This document shows, piece after piece, positions 38,596-47,677 of a stretch of 64,000 nucleotides of DNA. The notes below the pieces were generated by a model. The model was given only the letters and a program-made list of their open reading frames with translations, made no database searches and was not told the DNA's origin. The translations under genes were made by a program, and so were the position numbers. The DNA is from an uncultured Gammaproteobacteria bacterium (GTDB taxonomy: Bacteria; Patescibacteriota; Patescibacteriia; UBA9934), in contig CAZTKG010000004.1 of the NCBI GenBank assembly GCA_964613815.1, forward strand, positions 25,892-89,891, written 5' to 3'. Each line of letters begins with the position of its first letter. The stretch's first letter is position 1.

Positions 38596-39036
38596 TAATC
38601 AAAACTTCAATACCAACATTATACGACACAAAACTACCACCTCCTAATTCCCATCCTGAGGCGCGCCAGCCCTAGCGCGCCGGAAGGATCTCACAGCAAA
38701 ACCATCGAATATTAGCCAAATAAGTCAAAAACACCCAACATCTGCCAATCATCACTTGACAAAAACCAAAAAACAAGCTAGTCTATAGAGTCAGTATCAA
38801 AATTCCTCACAAGCAAGCTAGAGAAAAATCCCATGCATGTTTTTCTCCAGCTCACTCATCAAAAGGGAATATCAATATTCCCATCCCCTCAAAGGAAATC
38901 ATTTCGAATGATGTCTTCTAAGGGGATCACGTTCGACACCAACAACGGGCCCGTCCAGCCCAAAAAAACAAAATCACCGCAAGGAGGTGACAGGACAAGC
39001 ACGACGAATTTACATTCCACAACCCAAGGAGTAGGA

Positions 39037-39408
39037 ATGTCTCGTCGCGATGCCCGGTGCCAGGGCCAATGGCACACAATCACCGTCAACGTGATCAACA
39101 TCCCACGCGAGGGAGGGAGAATGATCGTTACGCAAGAGCAGAGGTCAATTTGCACCTGCTGGCTCTGCGAAGACCATTTCTACCTCACCGGATGTCCAAT
39201 CCTTCGTCCAACCATGCATGCCAAGAAGAAGCCGTTCACCACGGCCGAATCCAAAGCGCGCATCGGAGACGAGAACGGATTCATCCCAACCCCGCAAACC
39301 CCCCGCGTCCGAACGCCAAGCGCAGAGCTCAAACTCAAGCGCAGGCGCAAAGAACGCGGATCAGATCGCCGCTATCACCGCCAGTGGCTCCTCTCCCAGC
39401 GAGACTAG
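39037..39408 (+). CDS. small Cys-rich protein (possible zinc ribbon); start may instead be ATG ~38908
   Basis: AGGAG 6 nt before ATG 39037. C-x-G-x-W-H...C-T-C-W-L-C-E-D-H...C-P cysteines. Consensus promoter TTGACAAAAACCAAAAAA at ~38757 with a ~250-nt leader. Confidence 0.4.
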   Translation: MSRRDARCQGQWHTITVNVINIPREGGRMIVTQEQRSICTCWLCEDHFYLTGCPILRPTMHAKKKPFTTAESKARIGDENGFIPTPQTPRVRTPSAELKLKRRRKERGSDRRYHRQWLLSQRD

Positions 39409-39483
39409 CAGCGATCCGTCCCCTCGGCTAACACCGAGGGGTTTCGCTTTACAAAAAACCAAAAAATCGCTAATATCATCACC

Positions 39484-39744
39484 TCGATTTGCTAGATCAA
39501 AAAACCTGGTCCCTTCCCGCGCCCCGTGGCAAGACCCTCAAACACACCAATCGACCCCGACATAGACATTCACGAGACCAAAACTCTCGACAAGCTCAAC
39601 TTTTGGTCCCTAAAATCTCTATTCAAATCTCACTGTGACGAGCTCTCACGCCGTGACCACGGCACTCGAGATCGTGCAAACGATATTTGACTCTGGTCAA
39701 CAAGCGAAATCGAGCTTCAACCCTCACAAGGTTGCTTTTTTTTG
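39484..39744 (+). ncRNA. small structured RNA unit B1
   Basis: TTTACA 39448-53, 17 nt, TAATAT. 5' TCGATTTGCTAGATC / 3' AAGCGAAATCGA (39702-13). Internal hairpin cTTCCCGCG-CCC-CGTGG-CAAGA. Terminator CAACC-CTCAC-AAGGTTG + T8. Confidence 0.5.
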
Positions 39745-39766
39745 ATCGAAATGCTAATTTTGCCCT

Positions 39767-40000
39767 TCGATTTGCTAACCGCCGCTGGCCCCGGCACTCT
39801 CGTATCGACATACTAGATAAATCGATATGCCTCCCCGCGCCCCGCGGCGAGAAAAGCGAACACCCTACCAGATCAGGGGAAAGTTCTTCGATCCTTTCCG
39901 AAACCGTTCCGCGATGCTGACCACCTACGGCACTCACCAGCACAGAACGTTCCCAAGCCTCAAGCGAAATCGAGCATCAACCCAATCGGGTTGCTTTTTT
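39767..40000 (+). ncRNA. small structured RNA unit B2 (weak promoter)
   Basis: 5' TCGATTTGCTAACC / 3' AAGCGAAATCGA (39962-73). Internal hairpin cTCCCCGCG-CCC-CGCGG-CGAGA. Terminator CAACCCAATCGGGTTG+T6. Confidence 0.45.
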
Positions 40001-40137
40001 CTATCGCCCGGCTCCGCCGCGCCCCTGTCGTCGAACTCAACTCGACCCTATCGTTCAGCCTCTGAACCCTATCGCCCAAAACCTCCATCATCAACATCAC
40101 CATTGACGCATTTCACCATTACTGCTAAATTCACCCC

Positions 40138-40559
40138 TCGATTTGCTAGATCGACACCCTTCGATCCCTCTCCGCGCCTCGCGGCGAGACCCCGAAATAC
40201 ACGGACAGACCAAACCCCGTACACAAAAGGACAAACTCTACGCGTTAGTCCTTTCATGTACGGCCCGAGTCGCGCACAGACCTATCGTTACCGATTCTAC
40301 GGTCAATGCGCGCCTTCCGGTACTAGTATCAAGCGAAATCGAGCCCTTACAGCTTGTTAGATGTAAACCGCATCACCTCCCGCGCCCCGCGGCAGGACCA
40401 GCGCACACACCGCGCGACCAGGATTGCCCATAAATGGGAAAGTCCCGAAACTGACGAGTTTATGTCACCCGCCTTCGGCAAACTCCAGAAACTCGATCAG
40501 TTTCGGCACTCAAGCCCTTCATCGAAGCTGTACCCCCTCGCAAATGCGAGGATTTTTAA
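40138..40559 (+). ncRNA. small structured RNA unit B3 plus a degenerate promoter-less half (B3b)
   Basis: TTGACG 40103-08, 17 nt, TAAATT. 5' TCGATTTGCTAGATCGAC, internal cTCTCCGCG-CCTC-GCGG-CGAGA, 3' AAGCGAAATCGA 40331-42. Second internal hairpin cTCCCGCG-CCC-CGCGG-CAGGA at ~40375. Terminator CCTCGCAAATGCGAGG+ATTTTT at 40535-59. Confidence 0.45.
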
Positions 40560-40682
40560 TATGCCGGGGGCATATTAACCCTTCGTAGCTCGGCTCCGCC
40601 GAGCGAAGAACGGGTAATCATCGCAAAACTCTATCACCCCCTCCATTGACACGTAACCCAATCCACTCCAAACTAAATCCAT

Positions 40683-40960
40683 TCGATTTGCTCTCAGTTG
40701 CTAACTGCAACCGCCACGCTTCTTAGTCCGGAATAAGCAGCGATCGTCCTCGCGCCCCGCGAAGACAGGCACCTACACAAAACGCCAATGCCGAAAGCAT
40801 TGCTCCAATGCGCGCATTGGTTCAATTATTTCGCACAAACGAACACTCAACTGACAGAATCGCATGCCACAAAACCATACGACACCTGTCAGTCAAGCGT
40901 CAGTTTGACCAAGGGCAACAAGCGAAATCGAACCTCAACCCCAACGGGTTGACTTTTTTT
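40683..40960 (+). ncRNA. small structured RNA unit B4
   Basis: TTGACA 40646-51 with a weak -10. 5' TCGATTTGCTCTC, internal gTCCTCGCG-CCC-CGCGA-AGACA, 3' AAGCGAAATCGA 40920-31. Terminator CAACCCCAACGGGTTG+T7. Confidence 0.45.
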
Positions 40961-40983
40961 CACCAAACCGCTATATTCACCTC

Positions 40984-41264
40984 TCGATTTGCTCCCCCGT
41001 TGCTAGCTACAACCGCTACGCCACTCAGTCTAGAATGAGTAGCAAAAGATCCTCGCGCACTGCGAAGACAGAGCAACCCACATCAAAAGTCCATGGCACT
41101 AAATCCGTGTAGCCAATTCTTGTCTCAACTGATTTAGTTGCTTTCTACGCCCGAATGAATGCATCAGTCGCTCAAATACCGCCAAATGCATTTACATCCC
41201 AGTCGCAGAAAGCACAGGACCAACAAGCGAAATCGAGCCTCAGTCCTCACGGGCTATTTTTTCT
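40984..41264 (+). ncRNA. small structured RNA unit B5
   Basis: TTGACT 40949-54, 17 nt, TATATT. 5' TCGATTTGCTCCC, internal TCCTCGCGC-ACT-GCGAAGACA, 3' AAGCGAAATCGA 41224-35. T-run at 41258-64. Confidence 0.45.
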
Positions 41265-41299
41265 TGACAAAAAACCAAAAAAACACTAACCTAACCTCT

Positions 41300-41551
41300 T
41301 CGATTTGCTAGATCGACCCTCCTCGATCCCTTCCCGCGCCCCGCGGCAAGACCCCGAGCTGGACCCCAAGTCCATACCTGACTAAGCCTGACATTCCTAC
41401 GTCTGTCAGCTTTGTCAGTAACCCGTCAGCAGATAAGTCGCTCACTATGCGCAGAATATTTGCACACCAATCGCGACTGCATACTACTGACGGCTTACCT
41501 CCGAACAACAAGCGAAATCGAACTCTCCCGCCAAAAACGGGATCTTTTTTT
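41300..41551 (+). ncRNA. small structured RNA unit B6
   Basis: TTGACAAAAAACCAAAAAAACAC-TAACCT promoter 41264-92. 5' TCGATTTGCTAGATCGACC, internal cTTCCCGCG-CCC-CGCGG-CAAGA, 3' AAGCGAAATCGA 41510-21. Terminator CCCGCCAAAAACGGG+T7. Confidence 0.5.
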
Positions 41552-41609
41552 CAAAACAAATCACCCCACCCCATTGACAAAACACAAAAACCATACTATC
41601 TTAACCACC

Positions 41610-41850
41610 TCGATTTGCTAGATCGACCACCTCGATCACTCCCTGCGCCCCGCAGCGAGACCCCGAGCCAGACACGAAGTCCGTACCTGACCGTCGCGGA
41701 CAACCGCTAAGCGTCCGTCCACGCCCTTCAAGTCCCGTCAATGGACTGCCGGCTCACCGAGCAATAAATACGCCCGCTCACGACAAGTCCATTGACCGTC
41801 CTCAAGGGCAACAAGCGAAATCGAACTCTCCGCCACCGGCGAGTTTTTTT
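41610..41850 (+). ncRNA. small structured RNA unit B7
   Basis: TTGACA 41574-79, 17 nt, TATCTT. 5' TCGATTTGCTAGATCGACC, internal cTCCCTGCG-CCC-CGCAG-CGAGA, 3' AAGCGAAATCGA 41813-24. T7 run. Confidence 0.5.
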
Positions 41851-41945
41851 ATCCCATAAACCATCTTTCACCTCTTAAAAGCATTTTTGTTATTCATTGA
41901 CAAATACAAACAATTAAACTAGTATTAGCAATTGTTCATTCATCA

Positions 41946-42238
41946 CGACTTGCTAGATCGTCTCAACCGATCCCTTCCCGCGCTACGCGGCAAGAATAAC
42001 GGATACACACAACGTCCATAGGCGTCCGTCCTCTCATCGACTATTCAATCGAGCAAGTAAACCATAACTTGCTCTCAAAAAATATTCGCTCGAGGAGGAC
42101 TTAAGCGGACGGCTGGGGCTGCCCTTCTGTCCGTACAGGACAGAGGCTGTCCTTATGTAAGGACAGAAGGTTTGCCCCCTCCTGCTTATTCCCTATCATT
42201 CGAAGTCGTGCCGTCCGCCAATACTGGCGGATTTTTAA
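41946..42238 (+). ncRNA. small structured RNA unit B8 (variant terminal helix CGACTT/AAGTCG)
   Basis: TTGACA 41897-902, 17 nt, TAGTAT. 5' CGACTTGCTAGATCG, internal cTTCCCGCG-CTA-CGCGG-CAAGA, 3' CGAAGTCG 42201-08. Two tandem hairpins TCTGTCC-GTACA-GGACAGA and CTGTCCTTA-TG-TAAGGACAG. Terminator CCGCCAATACTGGCGG+ATTTTT. Confidence 0.45.
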
Positions 42239-42357
42239 ATGAAACAACTTGACAAAAACCAAAAAACCCCGTACATTCCTCTTCATAAACAACCCTACGA
42301 TCTTCCCGGTCACGGAATGAGCCCCGTAAACTGAGATCATCGTGAATAATCGATTCT

Positions 42358-42636
42358 ATGCTCAGCAAAAAGCAAAAGCAAAACATCATTGCAAAATACA
42401 AAACCCACGAGTCCGACACCGGCTCACCGCAGGTCCAAATCGCCATCCTCACAGCAGAAGTAAAAGACCTCACCGGCCACCTCCGCATGCACAAAAAGGA
42501 CTTTTCATCACGACGTGGACTCGTCAAAAAGGTAACCGAGCGACGACGCTTGCTCAAATACCTAGAACGCGAAGACGAAGCAGCATTCCTAGCACTCGTC
42601 GAAGCCCTCAAAATCCGATTGCCCAAAAAGCAATAA
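42358..42636 (+). CDS. rpsO: 30S ribosomal protein S15
   Basis: L-S-K-K-Q-K-Q...G-S-P-Q-V-Q-I-A-I-L-T...H-L-R-M-H-K-K-D-F-S-S-R-R-G-L. Consensus promoter TTGACAAAAACCAAAAAA at 42250. Terminator at ~42640-42665. Confidence 0.9.
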   Translation: MLSKKQKQNIIAKYKTHESDTGSPQVQIAILTAEVKDLTGHLRMHKKDFSSRRGLVKKVTERRRLLKYLEREDEAAFLALVEALKIRLPKKQ

Positions 42637-42717
42637 TTTCCAAGCAAAACCGCCAAAAGCGGTCTTTGCTGTATAATAGAATCAAGTTATTTTTCTTAAT
42701 TTCAGTTTTTTTACAAT

Positions 42718-43443
42718 ATGTTGAAAACTTCAACACGCCGCGTTGGCGTCTTCATTGACGTCCAAAACATGTACTACAGCGCGCGCAACATTTTCAATCG
42801 CAAAGTGAACTTTGAAAACATCGTCAAACACGCCATAGGCGACAAACACCTCATCCGAGCCATCGCCTACACCATTTCAACCAAAGGAGGAGACGAATCA
42901 GCATTCTTCGAGGCCTTGCGCCAAAAGGGAATAGAGGTAAAGTCTAAAGAGCTCCTCGAATTCAATACAGGTGCCAAAAAAGGGGACTGGGACGTCGGCA
43001 TCACTGTCGACATCATCCGCATGCTCGACATGCTAGACGAAGTCGTTCTCGTTTCAGGCGACGGAGACTTTGTCCCGCTCGCAGACTTCGTTCGAAGCCG
43101 AGGACGAACCTTCTCTGTCATCTCTTTCCGAGAATCCACCTCCACATCCCTCGTACACGCAACGGACACGTACACAAACATGTCCGAAAACCGTCGCAAA
43201 TTCCTCATCCCAGACAAAAACGCACCACGCACAACGCCAACACGCAAAACAACGACATCAAAACCAACCACAACAAGAACCACGACAAAACCAACAACAC
43301 GAACAGCCAAAACAACAAAAACAGCAACAAAAACAACGACATCAAAATCCAAACCCCCGTCCGGACGAATCACCCCTATCACCACAGAAGACCTCGGAGA
43401 AGACGAAATCGAAGAATCCCGAACCCGCCGTCTTTCATTCTAA
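42718..43443 (+). CDS. NYN/LabA-like (PIN-fold) domain protein with Thr/Lys-rich C-terminal tail
   Basis: V-G-V-F-I-D-V-Q-N, L-V-S-G-D-G-D-F-V-P-L acidic residues. ~70-aa T/K/P low-complexity tail. Confidence 0.65.
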   Translation: MLKTSTRRVGVFIDVQNMYYSARNIFNRKVNFENIVKHAIGDKHLIRAIAYTISTKGGDESAFFEALRQKGIEVKSKELLEFNTGAKKGDWDVGITVDIIRMLDMLDEVVLVSGDGDFVPLADFVRSRGRTFSVISFRESTSTSLVHATDTYTNMSENRRKFLIPDKNAPRTTPTRKTTTSKPTTTRTTTKPTTRTAKTTKTATKTTTSKSKPPSGRITPITTEDLGEDEIEESRTRRLSF

Positions 43444-43594
43444 TTGTCTCCCTTAGGCAGATCTGCCCTGATCAGATCCGCCAACTGGCAAGATAATTAA
43501 CGCGCCTCGGCACGAAATCAGAGATCATCAAGCGCTCATCAAAACAGCGTAAAACCAATGATCTTAAATCTCGTGCTGAGCTAAGCATCTTTTT

Positions 43595-45808
43595 ATGCAC
43601 AAAGAATTCTCAGCTACCATCGCCGGAAAAGAAATCACCATCGAAACCGGCAAATTCGCCCAAGCAGCAAACGGACAATGCACCGTGCGTTGCGGCGAAA
43701 CCGTCGTCATGGCAACAGCAGTCATGTCCTCAAACACACGAGGACTCAACTACTTCCCGCTCATGGTCGACTACGAAGAAAAACTCTACGCAGCAGGCCG
43801 CATCAAGGGCTCACGCTTTATCAAAAGAGAAGGAAGACCAACAGACGAAGCCGTCCTAACCGGTCGTTTTATCGACCGAGCAATCCGCCCGCTTTTCGAC
43901 ATGCGCATCAAAAATGACGTTCAAGTCATCGTCACAGCACTCGCATTTGACGGCGAAAACGACCCAGACATTCTCGGTCTTATCGCAGCATCCTGTGCAC
44001 TCCACATTAGCGACATCCCATGGAACGGACCAATCGGAGCCATCCGAACAGCCAAAATTAACGACACCTGGATCGCGAATCCAAGCTACGAACAACGACA
44101 AAAATCAGAATTTGACCTAGACATCGCAGGAACATCAGAAAAAATCATCATGATCGAAGCTCGCGCAGATGAAGCCACAGAAGACGTCATGCTAGAAGCC
44201 TTCAAACGTGGAGCAAAAGAACTCGGAGCAATCACCGACCTCCTAGAATCAATCAAAAAAGAAATCGGAAAAGAAAAAAATACAACTGTCTTGGAGCCAC
44301 AAACAGATGAAGCCCGAGAAACACTTGTCCGCCAAGAAAAAATCAAAACAAAAGCAATCGAATTCCTCCGACCAATCTTCCACGAACTCTGCTTCACCTC
44401 CCCAACAACATCAAAAACTGCCATCAACGCGGCAAAAAAAGAGCTCGCAAAACGCCTAGACGAGTCATGGGGACCAAACGAAGACTACACAGATGACGAC
44501 ATCAAATTCGCCAAAAACCTCATCTACAACTTCACCCAAGACGAAGCATCACGAAACATTCTAGAAAACGATCACAGAATCGACGGACGAAAAATTACAG
44601 AAATCCGCACACTCGTCTCAGAAGTCGCACAGCTCCCACGAGTCCATGGCACAGGACACTTCATGCGCGGAACAACACAAGTCCTCTCAATCTGCACCCT
44701 AGGGGCTCCTGGAGACAAACAAACCCTAGACGGCATGGAAACAGTAGGAGAGAAACGCTACATGCATCACTACAACTTCCCACCATACTCAGTCGGGGAA
44801 GCAAAACCGCTTCGAGGAGCATCCAGACGAGACATCGGTCACGGAGCACTCGCAGAAAAAGCCATCGAACGCATGCTCCCATCCGCAGAAGAATTCCCAT
44901 ACACCATCCGAGTCGTATCAGAAGTCTTCAATTCAAACGGATCAAGCTCAATGGCATCCACCTGCGGATCAACACTCGCCCTCATGGACGCAGGTGTCCC
45001 AATCAAAACGCCAATCGCCGGAATCGCAATGGGTCTCGCATCTAACGACAAAGGCGACTGGAAAGTCCTCACAGACCTCCAAGACATCGAAGACGGCAAA
45101 GGAGGCATGGACTTCAAAATCACCGGCTCACGAGAAGGAATCACGGCCATCCAAATGGACACAAAGACAGAGGGAATCACCATGGAAATCATCAAACAAA
45201 CCCTCTCACAAGCCAAAGATGCTCGAATCCAAATCCTCGATGTCATGGCAGAAGCAATTGCAGAGCCCCGTGCAGAACTATCTCCGCACGCACCACGCAT
45301 CATCACCATCGAAATCCACCCAGACAAAATCCGAGATGTCATCGGTCCGGGCGGAAAGATGATCAACGAAATCATCGAAACAACAGCAGTGGACGCAATC
45401 GACATCGAACAAAGTGGACACATATTCATCACATCAAAATCTGCCAAGTCTGCAGAAAAAGCACGTGAGTGGATTCACAACCTTACACGCGACATCGAAG
45501 TCGGAGAAACATTCAAAGGAAAAGTCGTACGACTCATGGACTTCGGCGCATTCGTAGAAATCCTTCCAGGAAAAGACGGAATGGTGCACGTATCTGAACT
45601 AGCCCCATGGCGAGTCGCCAAAGTAGGGGACATCGTCAAACTGGACGACGAGGTGAACGTAAAAGTCATCGAAATCGACGACATGGGAAGAATCAACCTC
45701 TCCATGAAAAAAGCAGAAGGCAACGTCTACACGAACGAAATGAAAGAAAAAGCACAAAAACAACCACCACGATCAGACCAACGACCACCGAGACGCTCAC
45801 GAAGCTAA
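43595..45808 (+). CDS. pnp: polynucleotide phosphorylase
   Basis: Two RNase PH-like domains, KH (V-I-G-P-G-G-K-M-I) and S1 (F-K-G-K-V-V-R-L-M-D-F-G-A-F-V) domains, collinear full length. Confidence 0.9.
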   Translation: MHKEFSATIAGKEITIETGKFAQAANGQCTVRCGETVVMATAVMSSNTRGLNYFPLMVDYEEKLYAAGRIKGSRFIKREGRPTDEAVLTGRFIDRAIRPLFDMRIKNDVQVIVTALAFDGENDPDILGLIAASCALHISDIPWNGPIGAIRTAKINDTWIANPSYEQRQKSEFDLDIAGTSEKIIMIEARADEATEDVMLEAFKRGAKELGAITDLLESIKKEIGKEKNTTVLEPQTDEARETLVRQEKIKTKAIEFLRPIFHELCFTSPTTSKTAINAAKKELAKRLDESWGPNEDYTDDDIKFAKNLIYNFTQDEASRNILENDHRIDGRKITEIRTLVSEVAQLPRVHGTGHFMRGTTQVLSICTLGAPGDKQTLDGMETVGEKRYMHHYNFPPYSVGEAKPLRGASRRDIGHGALAEKAIERMLPSAEEFPYTIRVVSEVFNSNGSSSMASTCGSTLALMDAGVPIKTPIAGIAMGLASNDKGDWKVLTDLQDIEDGKGGMDFKITGSREGITAIQMDTKTEGITMEIIKQTLSQAKDARIQILDVMAEAIAEPRAELSPHAPRIITIEIHPDKIRDVIGPGGKMINEIIETTAVDAIDIEQSGHIFITSKSAKSAEKAREWIHNLTRDIEVGETFKGKVVRLMDFGAFVEILPGKDGMVHVSELAPWRVAKVGDIVKLDDEVNVKVIEIDDMGRINLSMKKAEGNVYTNEMKEKAQKQPPRSDQRPPRRSRS

Positions 45809-45889
45809 CATCAAAACAACAAAGCAGCCGCAAGGCTGTTTTGTTATTCCCAAAAAAAAGCTACAGTAAAACAAACATGGAAAAAACGT

Positions 45890-47080
45890 ATGACAAAACT
45901 GGAAATCCCGCTCTCGCAGTCACCCTACACAAAAAAACGTCCAAAAATCACCCTCACAGCTGTCATCATCCTCGCCACATTCGCCATCAGCTGGTGCTCC
46001 TTTCGACTTTTTACGTACAAAGACACAACCTCTCATCACAGACCGCAAAACACCCTAGCAACAATCCAAGTCTACAAAACAAAACAAACAACAAATCTCA
46101 TCAACCAAAAAATAGGCCATCTAGCCGCCATACCAGGGGAACCTTGGACATTCCAAGACATCCTAAACGCGACAAATAAGTCCTTCAGCATTCACATCAC
46201 AGACCAAGGAATCACAGGAATCACCGTAGATACGTCAAGCAGCCAAACAGAACCAACAACATTATTCACCTCAAATCAAACAAAAACTGAGACAATCACA
46301 CCGCAAAGCACATACACCTTCAAGTCCCTCTTTCCACAAACAGACGCGATTCTCAAAACACAGGAAAAAAACCAAACAACAAAAATCTCCATTTCAAACA
46401 ATCAAATCTCTTTAAAGACAAAAACAGAAACTCCCAACCTACCCACTCACACATTAAAAGATGCAAACATTTTTTCAAACATCTATATTGATCCAAAAAC
46501 CGCGCAAAACAACAATCTCATCCCTCAACTTCTTCAAATTTCACCAACAGACATGCTTTTCTCAGAACTTTCACAATTCGGAGCATTTCTTCAATTAGGA
46601 ACCTCGGAAGGGAAAACCAAGTTCCTCATAAACATTCCTTCAACAAATCTCCAAACAGAGGATCTAGCAAAAATCACAAAGTCAGCCCTCAAAACAACAA
46701 GTTTGGCAACGGTTCCGTTGACAATCACGGACAAAATCACCGTTCAAGAAATCAAAACAAACAATAAAGACTTAAACATCAACATTCAAAACGAAAACAA
46801 CACAAACATCATTACAGCCACCTCATCAAATGGAAACAAAATCACCGCAATAAAAACCCAAACAAATACACTTTTGACAAACGGAGAGCTAACATTAGAT
46901 AAAAATCAAAACAACACAACGTGCACAGACAACCACCAAAATACAACAAACATGAATGCACTAACTGCTATCACTCTGAACGGCCATCAAAAAATTCTCG
47001 CTCAGGCTACACAAATACATTCCATCAAAACCACTGAACAAATCAATGTCTCATCCAAAAACCTAACGTTTTGCTGGTAA
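45890..47080 (+). CDS. hypothetical membrane-anchored Asn/Thr/Lys-rich protein, compositionally atypical (AT-rich)
   Basis: N-terminal TM. N/T/K/Q-rich low-complexity body. Codon composition unlike neighbours. Confidence 0.45.
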   Translation: MTKLEIPLSQSPYTKKRPKITLTAVIILATFAISWCSFRLFTYKDTTSHHRPQNTLATIQVYKTKQTTNLINQKIGHLAAIPGEPWTFQDILNATNKSFSIHITDQGITGITVDTSSSQTEPTTLFTSNQTKTETITPQSTYTFKSLFPQTDAILKTQEKNQTTKISISNNQISLKTKTETPNLPTHTLKDANIFSNIYIDPKTAQNNNLIPQLLQISPTDMLFSELSQFGAFLQLGTSEGKTKFLINIPSTNLQTEDLAKITKSALKTTSLATVPLTITDKITVQEIKTNNKDLNINIQNENNTNIITATSSNGNKITAIKTQTNTLLTNGELTLDKNQNNTTCTDNHQNTTNMNALTAITLNGHQKILAQATQIHSIKTTEQINVSSKNLTFCW

Positions 47081-47165
47081 TGTCCACAAAACTGTGGATA
47101 AACCAGTTTTTATCACAACCTTATCCACAGCACACCCGACATCACACAAAAAAATTATCCACACC
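47081..47165. promoter_or_regulatory. cluster of four or more DnaA-box matches outside the dnaA locus
   Basis: TGTCCACAA 47081-89, CTGTGGATAA 47092-101, TTATCCACAG 47121-30, TTATCCACACC 47155-65. Confidence 0.5.
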
Positions 47166-47200
47166 ACCATTTAACCCAATAAAATCAGGTATTTCCCACG

Positions 47201-47677
47201 TTGACATTTAGTGTTCAACAAGTTATCATAAACATGTACCTAGCTCTTTCAACAACTTCGATCGTGTCTATATTTAATAGGCACATGACTCGGGGGAAGT
47301 TTCCCGAAGGACCCACTTCTTCGGGAAAGATCTCACTTCTTTACTGGATCGTTCATTCTTTAGGGGACACAGCGAACCAGGCAAGATTCTCACAATCGAT
47401 CTTTCTATTACCTTCATTTCGTGAGAACAAAGCCAAGATCTGGTAAAGCAGATAGTCACAACGGCCATCGGTTGATGCCACCGAAGAGTTGAGTTTTGAA
47501 GACATTGCCAAATTTCTCTAAAACCCAACTCTTCGAGAGATATCCCGACGCCACTTCTTGAGCGCAACAGCGCAGGATTCATTTTTATAAGCCTGCTCGC
47601 AACCGCGCTCTTCTTCTTTTCCAAAAAACCAACCCAACCATTGTCATTTTCCACAAAATCGCGTATATTTACTCCAT
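47201..47677 (+). promoter_or_regulatory. strong promoter (TTGACA-17-TATCAT) plus ~450-nt structured leader or ncRNA upstream of the DksA-like gene
   Basis: Hairpins GAAGAGTTG..CAACTCTTC at ~47492-47545 and a CAGG..CCTG hairpin+T-run at ~47575-47600. No coding signal on either strand. Confidence 0.35.

Noticed and set aside
39440-42240. Periodic ~250-300-bp repeats considered as a CRISPR array
   Set aside because: Units are far longer than CRISPR repeat-spacer periods. Conserved parts sit at unit ends with promoter and terminator signals, there is no short identical direct repeat, and there are no cas genes.
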